64,000 bases of DNA from the NCBI RefSeq assembly GCF_009914755.1, contig NC_060926.1. One strand, 5' to 3'. Source of the stretch: the human T2T-CHM13v2.0 reference genome, Homo sapiens. Shown here in pieces: positions 1-16,010 of the stretch. Both the position numbers and the translations under genes were made by a program. The notes under the pieces were generated by a model that saw nothing but the letters and a program-made list of their open reading frames with translations, had not been told where the DNA came from and made no database searches. How positions within the stretch are numbered: position 1 is the first letter of the stretch; every line of letters starts with the position of its first letter.

Positions 1-269
1 CTTGCTCTGTTGCTCAGGCTGGAGTGCAGTGGCACGATCTCGGCCAGCTGCTAGCCCCGCCTCCTGGGTTCGCGCCATTCTCCTGCCTCAGCTTCCCGAG
101 TAGCTGGGACCACGGGCACCCGCCACCATGCCCGGCTAATTTTTTGTATTTTTAGTACAGATAGGGCTTCACCGTGTTAGCCAGGATGGTCTTGATGCTG
201 ACCTCGTGATCCGCCCGCCTCGGCCTCCCAAAGTGCTGGGATTACAAGCGTGAGCCACCGCGCCCGGCC
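1..269 (-). mobile_element. Alu (AluY-like), 3' end cut by window edge
   Basis: Reverse-complement Alu body ending gagccaccgcgcccggcc at 269; AluY-type ccgtgttagccaggatggt and cctcgtgatccgcccgcc. Confidence 0.95.
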
Positions 270-2129
270 AGTGTGGTTTTTATTAATAATTATAAATTTA
301 TTTAAAAAACTAACAGTAGCACAATACATTTAGTAACTACATGTGGAGTTCATTTATGGAAGTGAATGTCTCCAACAACTCATAGGAAATAAAACCTTGA
401 CAAGCTATATTATTAGTGCAGCAAGCTCTTAAAAAATACATTTCAAGGTAATCTTTAGACTAGACAATGGTAAAATTCTAATGTTTAGTTAGAACAACAA
501 TATTTCTTAATTTTAGATAGAATGATATAGTTTACAAAGTATTTCTCATGTATTACCTCACTTGATAAATACTATTTGGTAAGGAGAAAAGGCAAAAGCT
601 GATATTCATTTTAGAATGGAATGAAAAAATAGATGACTTGGTGAATTTTGACTATTAGCAAGTACTGGAGACAGGGCTAGACCCCAGGTCTCCTGATAGT
701 ATCTTTCAGATTTCCATTAAACCCTTTAGCTTGTCACAGGTTTAGAGTTCAATCATAGAGTACATTAATATACCTTTGCAGCAAGAGTAGGGGTTTATCT
801 AATTCTCTTTTTTAAATTACATACAATTTTACTAAAACTACTGAACAAAAATTAAAATTCATTTCTGCATAATAGGACCTGGTTGGAGCATTTGTTAGTA
901 TTTTGTTGGCATTGACTCTAACTCTTTCCTAAGGGTTCTAGGTTTCTTTCTATTGGAGAAGGGAAACTGAATCTTCTCAGCTCCATTTTTGGAGCAAGTT
1001 ACTTGGGTTAATCCAATCAAGACTTCTTTTTCCTGTTTCCTTCTACCCTGAGTATAACTAGACAAAACTGTAGCCCTAGAAGCATTGGTCTCCACCTAAA
1101 ATGAAGCCAGTATCTTTTAAGGTAAATCACAGAGATAGAAATGAGGCTTTTAGTGACATCATTGAGCCACTAGATCAGGCTTTGCATGATCTGCTTCTGT
1201 TACAAGAGCCAGTAAATTGGGCAAGTTCAAGCTGGCTTTTTAGTTATTGCCAACTGTAAACATTCTAATTGTTGATGAATTTATCAGTTCTAAGCTGAAA
1301 GTACTTCCAGTCTCTTCAGTGTTTAAAAGAAATCACTGTCAGAGATATGACCCAAATCCTCCATACTGCTGTCAGTGAACTTACTTTGCTCACTGAACTT
1401 TTTTTATGTACAGATCCCTGTTCAAGGTCTGATTTCTTGTTGAATCCTCAGTGAAGTCAACGACTGGCTATCATCTCTGTTGAAGGAATCTTTGCTTACT
1501 TTTTAATTCATACTATAGTATCAGTTCTTCCAACTCAATAATCTCAATCTTTTAGCTTTTCTCATAGGACTTATTTTTAAGACTTTTAACTTACCTCTAT
1601 GGGTGACTTTGATTTCTCCTTAATGAATCCACATCATTATTAAGCGACCCCTAGAAACTGACAAAATACAAATCTTGAAATCTGTGAAATATTTTGCACA
1701 ACATAAATCGGAAAAATCTATACATTTTTGAGAATATACCCTCCTTGTTATGAAACTTGTTTTTCTGATATTACACTATCTGAAAGAAAGTTTCTCTGTA
1801 TTTATTTTATAGAACACTTCTCACTAGTAGCTTTTGTTTAAAATAATAATGATTGGCTCTTAAATTGCAAGAAATAATGTCTTTGAGCATTGTTTCTTAT
1901 TTATTCATTTTTTAAAATCTTCCTTCCACATTTTTCATAATGTATTTCTTAATAGATACTCAATAAATACTTTTTAAATGAATCACCAAATTTTCTTAAT
2001 GGTGATCACTTTCATCATTACAGAGTAAGCAAAACAATATTTTTGGTAAATAATACAGGACTGGTAAACATTTTTAATATTAATTCATGATGTGTCAATG
2101 AATACCTATCCTTTAGTGGAGCTATTAAC

Positions 2130-2385
2130 AGCAATAATAAATATTAATGATAGCCACCACTTATTGGAAACTTATGATGAGCCAGGCACTATTCCAAATT
2201 ATTTACCTGATTAATTATTCACTTAACACCTATAATTACTCTATGAGGGACACATTATCATTTTACCCATTTCACAGAGAAGGAAACAAAGTACCTTAAG
2301 TTTCTATATAAAACTATTTAAGACTCTTGAATAGGGGTTATACAACTAATAATTTGCCATGCCAAGATTCAAATCCTGGCAGTCT
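2130..2385 (-). mobile_element. MIR SINE, degenerate
   Basis: MIR-like motifs gagccaggcactatt, cccatttcacagagaaggaaaca and aagattcaaatcctggcagtct; boundaries approximate. Confidence 0.6.
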
Positions 2386-4685
2386 AGCAAAATGAGATAT
2401 CCCATAGAATCTGGGAGCATACACAATTGGCATCCTATAGGAAGTACAGAAGACTGCAGAAAAAATAAAAAGAATATAAAATGCAGGCAAATAACTACCT
2501 GCAAAATTTATTCTATGCTGTACTGTTCTGCCTCCTTTTCATATCTCCAACAATTTCCTGACTCTAACAACATGTAGTTTTCTGCTACCACTCTCTGAGA
2601 AGTTGTCGATATCATCTGTGGTTTTACATGTTCCTGGCTTATAAACTATCTTTTCTATCCCCTAATGTGTGGATTTTTTTCCTCTTTATGGCTCAACTTA
2701 TCTGGTAATCTGGCAGACTTGAACGTCCTGGTAGCCTGACATTCCCATCTTCCTGATTCATGACTGGCTGCTTGAGAGGGAGTTTTATAAAAGTAACACC
2801 ATCAGTTATCTTAGTGGCCTCCAGAGTCCAAACTACAGGACTTTGGGTTAGCTCCAGTTTTCAGGATTCTTGATGTATGGCATTTGAAATTTACCATGTA
2901 GTTATTAACTGTCCAGAAAAGTTGCCAAGAGTGGTAATTTAAGATGGCTCTTCCTTCTCTTTCCAGAGCTAAATTGAAGTAAAGAAATAAGTCCTCAGAA
3001 TAAGGAAAAGTGGAAATGAATATAGAACCAATAGTTATCAAGTGATTATTATTCGATAGAAACTAGGTATTTTTCTCGTTGAAGAGCAGAATATTCTGAC
3101 CATCTTGGGGTAACCTGGTTATCAGAAGTAAGTATGGATCAGAGTTCATCGCTTTGCCCAGTTTTTCACAGGACTTCCCAGAGTTACTCCAATACTTTTA
3201 AATGAGGCTTGGAGAGGAGGGAGTTTACAACCAGGGCATAACTCAAGTCCAGGCTTAACTGGCAAACAGGTCCTAACTATAAACCAGAACTTCAAGTTGC
3301 CTCTCCTATTTGTTATCACATCAATTTGAAAGAGAATAGAAAACTTTAAGTTTATATTCTACCTATCCTAAAATTCAGTATAATTATGCTTTGTTACAAC
3401 TTACCACAAATAGATTTTCACCTAATTATCTTAAGAATGTTATTACTGACTATAATTGTATGGCTCTGTTGCAATGTTATTCAGATACTTGGCTCCAAAT
3501 TCTGGAATGAATGAACAGGAAAACAAATGACCTAACCGAGAACATAATTTAGTTTATTTGGCTGTTGATAAGGGGCTTATATTTTTATAGCTGTTGGAAT
3601 TTCATTGTCAGTACATTTATCCAATAGCTATGCTTTTAATATCTAGGTGGTATATGATCACAAGTGTGTCTTCAAAAGAACACTCTATTAAGAATACCAC
3701 TAATGCAACTATCAACTTTTTAAATGATTGATGCTTAGCCGACCTTTCAATGCTTTATCTCAGAACTTCTAAGAATATAAAATGACTAGATTCTTAATAC
3801 AAGGCTACAATCACACAGCTATTGCCATGTGGAATAACAGAGTCAATCAAATAGTGATCTATGATTGTGCTAACAATAACATGGATACTAAGATATACCC
3901 ACGTAGCCAACTGGCAGGCTAGAAAGCAAAAGGAAAAAAAATTAAAACAAAGTTTGGGGTTTAAAACATCAGAGAAAAAAATTCTGTTTGCTCAAATGTT
4001 TCCCTTGCATATAAATCGCCATTATTAACACAATTTTTTCTTTAAAGTCAAGAAATTTTTTCTTCCTACGTAATTTTACCCACACCTCTTTGATTATATG
4101 CTCTAAGATAAAGAGCATAGTTGCCAGTAGAGGCTTAGGGATTTTATAAACATCAATCAATGTCACAGCTAGAAGTAGATAAATCAAGATATAGCAATAA
4201 AACCTAAAGTGTCTTCATTCTGACACTAGTCAGTTATTTCATTAAGAAACATTTTAGATTAAAAGTAAAATGCACTTATCAGAGTAGTAAATCTTTGTCA
4301 GAGCAGAAAGGTTTATGTTAACTATCTGGGGTAAAATAAGAGAAAAAAGAGAAAAGATGACATTCCTTTAATATCTCATATAAAAAGGGATTTTAGTCAT
4401 AACCCTAATTCCTGCTTTTTCTCCTTCAGTCTAAACGAGCACAGCTCTTGGGCTCCGGAAATTCTGGTGAGCTGAGAGAGACAACCTATAAGGAGTTAGG
4501 AGTCTCACGTGCCTGTTGATTGGAAGCAGGTGCAGCAGTGTGCTCTCTATTAACCTACTCTTAGGCCCCAGCTTCATTCCATGTGTTCTAATGCAAGGGG
4601 TGAGGTGAGGGATAGGGAGTTCTGGGTTCTTTTCTTCTGAGAGAAGGATTATTAATGCAGGAACCACAGGATATGGAAGAGTAGC

Positions 4686-5053
4686 TGTATTAGTTCATTC
4701 TCACACAGCTATGAATAACTACCTGAGACTGGGTAATTCATAAAGAAAATATGTTTAATTGACTCAAAGTCTGCATGGCTGGGGAGGCCTCAGGAAACTT
4801 ACAATTATGGCAGAAGGTGAAGGGGAAGTGAGCACATCTTCACATGTGGGAGCAGGAGAGAGTGCAAGCGAGTGAAGGGGGAAGTGCCACACTTTTAAAC
4901 CACCAAATCTCGTGAGAACTCACTATCACGAGAACAACATGGGGGAAATCTGCCCCCAGGATCCAATCACCTCCCACCAGGCCCCTCCACTGACACGTGA
5001 GGATTACAATTCAACATGAGATTTGGGTGGGGACGCAGAACCAAACAATATTA
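4686..5053 (-). mobile_element. MaLR solo LTR (MSTA-like)
   Basis: tgtattagttcattctcac...ctgagactgggtaatt...ggggaggcctcaggaaacttacaat...gagatttgggtgggga; perfect 5-bp TSD gtagc at 4681-4685 and 5054-5058. Confidence 0.9.
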
Positions 5054-5186
5054 GTAGCCATATAAATTGGGGGACGCTGAAAAAAAGAGGCTCTAAAGAG
5101 GATACCCCATGAGAACAATAGTGCTTTTTAGTTATTTGTCTCCCCTACTCCAAGTTCAAAACCCCAGAACCTGGCTCAGTTGTATT

Positions 5187-5488
5187 TTTTTTTTTTTTTT
5201 TTTTTTTTTGAGACAGAGTCTCGCTGTCGCCCAGGCTGGAGTGCAGTGGCGTGATCTCGGCTCACTGCAGGCTCCGCCCCCTGGGGTTCACGCCATTCCC
5301 TTGCCTCAGCCTCCCGAATAGCTAGGACTACAGGCGCCCGCCACCTCGCCCGGCTAATTTTTTGTATTTTTAGTAGAGACGGGGTTTCACCGTGTTAGCC
5401 AGTATGGTCTCGATCTCCTGACCTCGTGATCCGCCGCCTCGGCCTCCCAAAGTGCTGGGATTACAGGTGTGACCCACCGTGCCCAGCC
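5187..5488 (-). mobile_element. AluY-like
   Basis: Long poly-T plus full Alu body; TSD tcagttgtatt at 5176-5186 and 5489-5499. Confidence 0.95.
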
Positions 5489-5890
5489 TCAGTTGTATTC
5501 TTGACTCATATCAGAAACTGAATAAGTGGAAGGATTCTGGAGCTCTCCAAAGTAGTTTAATATATTATTAAAGTTTCCTACACCTACCTCTGAGGTCCTG
5601 AGCCCAGACAGCATGTGTTTGTGGTTGAAAATCACAAACACACTGCAGTTTCTAGCAACAAAATAATACTCTCCATGGAGTTTCTAGATTCCTTAAGGGT
5701 CCCTCCATCAGTTCCTCTGCCTCTTGGAATCTATATAGCTCAGGGTTACTCCTACCATTGCCTCAAGAAGGTAAGATCCACGAAGAAAACTGAGATGTTA
5801 TCTCTTAGAATGCTTTCTTAAAATTGTTTTAGTTTTAAAATTGCAATATTGATGCAAGAAAGCAAGCCAGGGTCATACTACAGGGCATTA

Positions 5891-6945
<1,055 letters not shown>

Positions 6946-8414
6946 TAGCCCAGATCACTGTCTATGAACTCTTCGCTCAGTGTGAGCTTTCTGATTCCTC
7001 AGGACATTATGTGAAATATTTTAAATATAATCTTTGCCTAAAACAGAAGTTACTATGGAGACTCCACCATTTTCTTAGCTGAAATATGCTAACACCTTTA
7101 TAAAACTAACAAATTCTCACATATCCTCTCTCCCCAAAAGGTGAAAAAAATTTGTTAATCCTCCAAAAGTAGCTAACTCAGAGGTATATCTGGATAATGT
7201 AGCATATTTCTGTTGCCTGGACATTGGTTTTTCATTTACCTTAGAGGAGTACACATCCTTTGGCAAATGAACTGAAGATCCCAAATTTACCTAAGTTAAT
7301 GCTGAATTAGATAATTCCTTATGTCATACTTAATTCCAAATGTATCCATGTTTTCATAAGCTCCTTAAACTATCATAAAGCTTAAATATCAAGAAGAAAA
7401 CATTATGAAACTGAATAAAATGATTTTAAAGTAATTTTTAAGCAATTCAAAATAATTAAAACAAATTCTAACATAATAGATTTGAAAGGGAATCTTTGGA
7501 TTCTGTCTCCAGAGCAAATGTTCCATTTGGAAATTCTAACAATGAAAACTGCTGTATTAGTGAAGTATTCCCCTCAAATTTATGGTTTTTGGAAGATCTC
7601 CCTGAATTTCTTATATTTTTAGATTCCAACAACTTTATCTACTGTAAAATGCATAATCTCCTTAATCTGAAATGGCCAAATGAAGGAACTCTTACCATTA
7701 TAATTTTTTCTATCTTCCTCTGAAAGACGAATTCCAGTCATCCTTAAAGTAGTCTAGCAGTTTTAAGATAGTCTCAAAATATAGTCTAATTTATTTTCAT
7801 GAAAATAAACACTCATCTCCGTAGATTATACTTTTATGAGTTATCTCACCTTCATATTTATATTTAAGCTTCTTTCTTTACAGCTTATTAGAATAAATCA
7901 CTCAATTTAAAATCTTTCATGAGAAGCAAGTAGATTTTAGACACAATTATGCCACCACTGTGTCTAACCTCTCTCTCATCTTATCAAGAAAATGACTAAT
8001 AATAGAATAAGCTCTTTGCTGAGCTCATTGATCCTGCCTTGATTCCACAAATAGATTCTGACTGTGTTCCAGCATATACAATCTTGCTACAGATCATATG
8101 CTATTATTGTATCAACAAAGCCTGTACTATAATATTCCTCTAAGCCACAGACAAAGAAGTTTCTGGCAGATAAAATGTTTTTATTATATGGTATAGTGAA
8201 TAAATTAGCTCTACCATTGGTTTTAACATATCTAAAAAATCCACAATCTATTTTAGACTAATATCCTATAATAAGTAGACAACACAAGTATTACATATTG
8301 CTGGTTTTATTTATTATCAAAAACCAAGAATAAATATAAAAACAAATAAAACTATTGGCTAATTATTGTCAGAAAGGACAACTTCATATGAAAACTTAAT
8401 ATGAAAATTAAAGA

Positions 8415-9265
8415 TGAGCGACGCAGAAGACGGGTGATTTCTGCATTACCATCTGAGGTACCGGGTTCATCTCACTAGGGAGTGCCAGACAGTGGGCGCA
8501 GGTCAGTGGGTGCGCGCACCGTGCGCGAGCCGAAGCAGGGCGAGGCATTGCCTCACTTGGGAAGCGCGAGGGGTCAGGGAGTTCCCTTTCCGAGTCAAAG
8601 AAAGGGGTGACGGACGCACCTGGAAAATCGGGTCACTCCCACCCGAATATTGTGCTTTTCAGACCGGCTTAAAAAACGGTGAACCACGAGATTATATCTC
8701 ACACCTGGCTCGGAGGGTCCTACGCCCATGGAATCTCGCTGATTGCTAGCACAGCAGTCTGAGATCAAACTGCAAGGCGGCAGCGAGGCTGGGGGAGGGG
8801 CGCCCGCCATTGCCCAGGCTTGCTTAGGTAAACAAAGCAGCCAGGAAGCCCGAACTGGGTGGAGCCCACCACAGCTCAAGGAGGCCTGCCTGCCTCTGTA
8901 GGCTCCACCTCTGGGGGCAGGGCACAGACAAACAAAAAGACAGCAGTAACCTCTGCAGACTTAAGTGTCCCTGTCTGACAGCTTTGAAGAGAGCAGTGGT
9001 TCTCCCAGCACGCAGCTGGAGATCTGAGACCCGGCAGACTGCCTCCTCAAGTGGGTCCCTGACCCCTGACCCCCGAGCAGCCTAACTGGGAGGCACCCCC
9101 CAGCAGGGGCACACTGACACCTCACACGGCAGGGTATTCCAACAGACCTGCAGCTGAGGGTCCTGTCTGTTAGAAGGAAAACTAACAAACAGAAAGGACA
9201 TCCACACCGAAAACCCATCTGTACATCACCATCATCAAAGACCAAAAGTAGATAAAACCACAAAG
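8415..9265. promoter_or_regulatory. L1 5'UTR internal sense promoter and antisense promoter (CpG-rich)
   Basis: Matches the L1HS/L1PA2 5'UTR with many CpGs retained; the 5'-terminal YY1 motif (caagatggccg) is absent. Confidence 0.8.
8595..8810 (-). CDS. ORF0: L1 antisense ORF0 (71 aa), intact
   Basis: ATG at 8810 (cat at 8808-8810) gives MAGAPPPASLPPCSLISDCCASNQRDS...RVGVTRFSRCVRHPFL*, inside track ORF 8595-8879. Confidence 0.85.
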   Translation of the reverse strand: MAGAPPPASLPPCSLISDCCASNQRDSMGVGPSEPGVRYNLVVHRFLSRSEKHNIRVGVTRFSRCVRHPFL

Positions 9266-10282
9266 ATGGGGAAAAAACAGAACAGAAAAACTGGAAACTC
9301 TAAAACGCAGAGCGCCTCTCCTCCTCCAAAGGAACGCAGTTCCTCACCAGCAACGGAACAAAGCTGGATGGAGAATGACTTTGACGAGCTGAGAGAAGAA
9401 GGCTTCAGACGATCAAATTACTCTGAGCTATGGGAGGACATTCAAACCAAAGGCAAAGAAGCTGAAAACTTTGAAAAAAATTTAGAAGAATGTATAACTA
9501 GAATAACCAATACAGAGAAGTGCTTAAAGGAGCTGATGGAGCTGAAAACCAAGGCTCGAGAACTACGTGAAGAATGCAGAAGCCTCAGGAGCCGATGCGA
9601 TCAACTGGAAGAAAGGGTATCAGCAATGGAAGATGAAATGAATGAAATGAAGCGAGAAGGGAAGGTTAGAGAAAAAAGAATAAAAAGAAATGAGCAAAGC
9701 CTCCAAGAAATATGGGACTATGTGAAAAGACCAAATCTACGTCTGATTGGTGTACCTGAAAGTGATGGGGAGAATGGAACCAAGTTGGAAAACACTCTGC
9801 AGGATATTATCCAGGAGAACTTCCCCAATCTAGCAAGGCAGGCCAACGTTCAGATTCAGGAAATACAGAGAACGCCACAAAGATACTCCTCGAGAAGAGC
9901 AACTCCAAGACACATAATTGTCAGATTCACCAAAGTTGAAATGAAGGAAAAAATGTTAAGGGCAGCCAGAGAGAAAGGTCGGGTTACACTCAAAGGGAAG
10001 CCCATCAGACTTCCAGTGGATCTCTCGGCAGAAAGCCTACAAGCCAGAAGAGAGTGGGGGCCAATCTTCAACATTCTTAAAGAAAAGAATTTTCAACCCA
10101 GAATTTCATATCCAGCCAAACTAAGCTTCATAAGTGAAGGAGAAATAAAATACCTTACAGACAAGCAGATGCTGAGAGATTTTGTCACCACCAGGCCTGC
10201 CTTACAAGAGCTCCTGAAGGAAGCACTAAACATGGAAAGGAACAACCGGTACCAGCCGCTGCAAAATCATGCCAAAATGTAA
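9266..10282 (+). CDS. ORF1: L1 ORF1p (338 aa RNA-binding/chaperone protein), open frame
   Basis: MGKKQNRKTGNSK...NHAKM; REKG, ARR and YPAKLS motifs intact. Confidence 0.97.
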   Translation: MGKKQNRKTGNSKTQSASPPPKERSSSPATEQSWMENDFDELREEGFRRSNYSELWEDIQTKGKEAENFEKNLEECITRITNTEKCLKELMELKTKARELREECRSLRSRCDQLEERVSAMEDEMNEMKREGKVREKRIKRNEQSLQEIWDYVKRPNLRLIGVPESDGENGTKLENTLQDIIQENFPNLARQANVQIQEIQRTPQRYSSRRATPRHIIVRFTKVEMKEKMLRAAREKGRVTLKGKPIRLPVDLSAESLQARREWGPIFNILKEKNFQPRISYPAKLSFISEGEIKYLTDKQMLRDFVTTRPALQELLKEALNMERNNRYQPLQNHAKM

Positions 10283-10345
10283 AGACCATCCAGACTAGGA
10301 AGAAACTGCATCAACTAACAAGCAAAATAACCAGCTAACATCATA

Positions 10346-14172
<3,827 letters not shown>

Positions 14173-15639
14173 ACAATGAGAACACATGGACACAGGAAGG
14201 GGAACATCACACTCTGGGGACTGTTGTGGGGTGGGGGGAGGGGGGAGGGATGGCATTGGGAGATATACCTAATGCTAGATGACGAGTTAGTGGGTGCAGC
14301 ACACCAGTATGGCACATGTATACATATGTAACTAACCTGCACATTGTGCACATGTACCCTAAAAGTATAATAATAATAAATAAATAAATAAAAGAAAAGT
14401 TAAGAAAATAGTTTATTGGTGTTCCACGTCATCTACCTCCCCCATCTCAACAAATTTTCACATAGATTCCTAGAAAGAAATTCTTGATAAACTTTTCTCC
14501 TGCTGTTTTTCTCATTATAAGCACTATCCTCGAAGTCAACGAATTTCAGAATGTTAGACAACTTATCCTCCAGCTTCTAATTCAGTATCATCTCCTTTTA
14601 AAAGTTTTCCACATTTTGTTAGTTTGGGAATGTTGCCCCTTCTATGAATAATCTGTTCCTGTTTGTTAATAGTCTATACATCTTCACTAGACAGTGTATG
14701 TACTCACTGAAGATAAGAACTTAGATGTTTATCTTAGTGTTCCCAGAAACTGGCATAGTAGTAAATGTATGTTGACAAAAAAATTTGAAATTTGTTGACT
14801 TTAAGGATAGTGCTTATAACGAGAAAGACAAGAGGAGAATAGTTTGTCAAGAACTTATTTCTAGGAATCTATGAGCAAATGAGTGAATGAATAAGTTGGC
14901 ATGAGAACGAAGTCAGATAAGTCTTCATAATCATTTTCTGATCCATTTTTAATGAAATTACTCTTTTATCTCAACTATAGCCATAACCTTCTATAGTGAA
15001 CATCTTGCTCTTAGTTTTTCCCTTTCCAATCTGCATCCTCTGCTGTCTTTTTATACTGTATCATCTGCCAGATCACTTTATCCTTCTGTTTGAAAACTCC
15101 CACTTGCTCCCAACGATATAACTAATGATAAGAGTTACACAGAAACATATATACTCTCAAATTCTCTCTTGTATTAATTATAAAGACACATGCTGCCTGG
15201 AATGGGATGAGCTGCTCTGTCTACTTCTCTCTCATGGTGTCTCTGGCTCCCCATTGCTGTACTGTGTTCTCTCAATTCTTTCTCTGCCAGCCAGATTCCT
15301 GAGCCTATTTTTATTTTCTGCCCATGGCCACCAGGGCCTCTTCAGATTCTTCTCTATACCATGACAATTGAGCTGCAATCTCTGCTGCTCACTGGCCTAC
15401 TCTCTGTGCATTCTTTAATTCCCACTCATAAGAGGGAATCTCACTGGCTCAGCTTGAATATTTGCACAAAGCTCCAAATTACTATTCTTTGTTCACCTCC
15501 TTACCTCCCTCTCAAGGCATGAAACAGAAGCAGAGTTTAATAATTCAGAAACATTACCTGTAAAGTCCACCCCTTTAGCAGAGCTGCGGGTAGAGCAATT
15601 GATCTGAGAATGGGCTGTAGAATGAAAGGTACTGGTGCT

Positions 15640-15786
15640 GAAGCCAGTCTATATGACTAGCTGTTGGAGCTGTATGTTCTTGTGTAAGTTTCTTAATGTC
15701 TTGTTACCTTAATTTCTTCATTTGTATATTAAGAATACTAATAGGACCAAACTCATAGAATTGTTGTGAGCATTAAGTGACTGGAC

Positions 15787-15819
<33 letters not shown>

Positions 15820-15895
15820 TATATGGATGTGTATATATATATACACATATATACACATGTATGTATACACACATACATACACATGTATGTGTGTG

Positions 15896-15939
<44 letters not shown>

Positions 15940-16010
15940 ATCTAGCTATATCATAGAATAATACCTAGGCCATTGTAACCACTGCAAAGTGTTAAAGTGT
16001 TAATTACTAT
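15640..16010 (+). mobile_element. MIR SINE interrupted by a microsatellite
   Basis: MIR-like aagtttcttaat...aatttcttcatttgta...ctcatagaattgttgtgagcattaagtga, resuming after the repeat; boundaries approximate. Confidence 0.55.
15786..15939. repeat. Compound microsatellite (TA)n(CA)n...(TATC)11
   Basis: Directly visible; perfect TATC array at 15896-15939. Confidence 0.95.
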
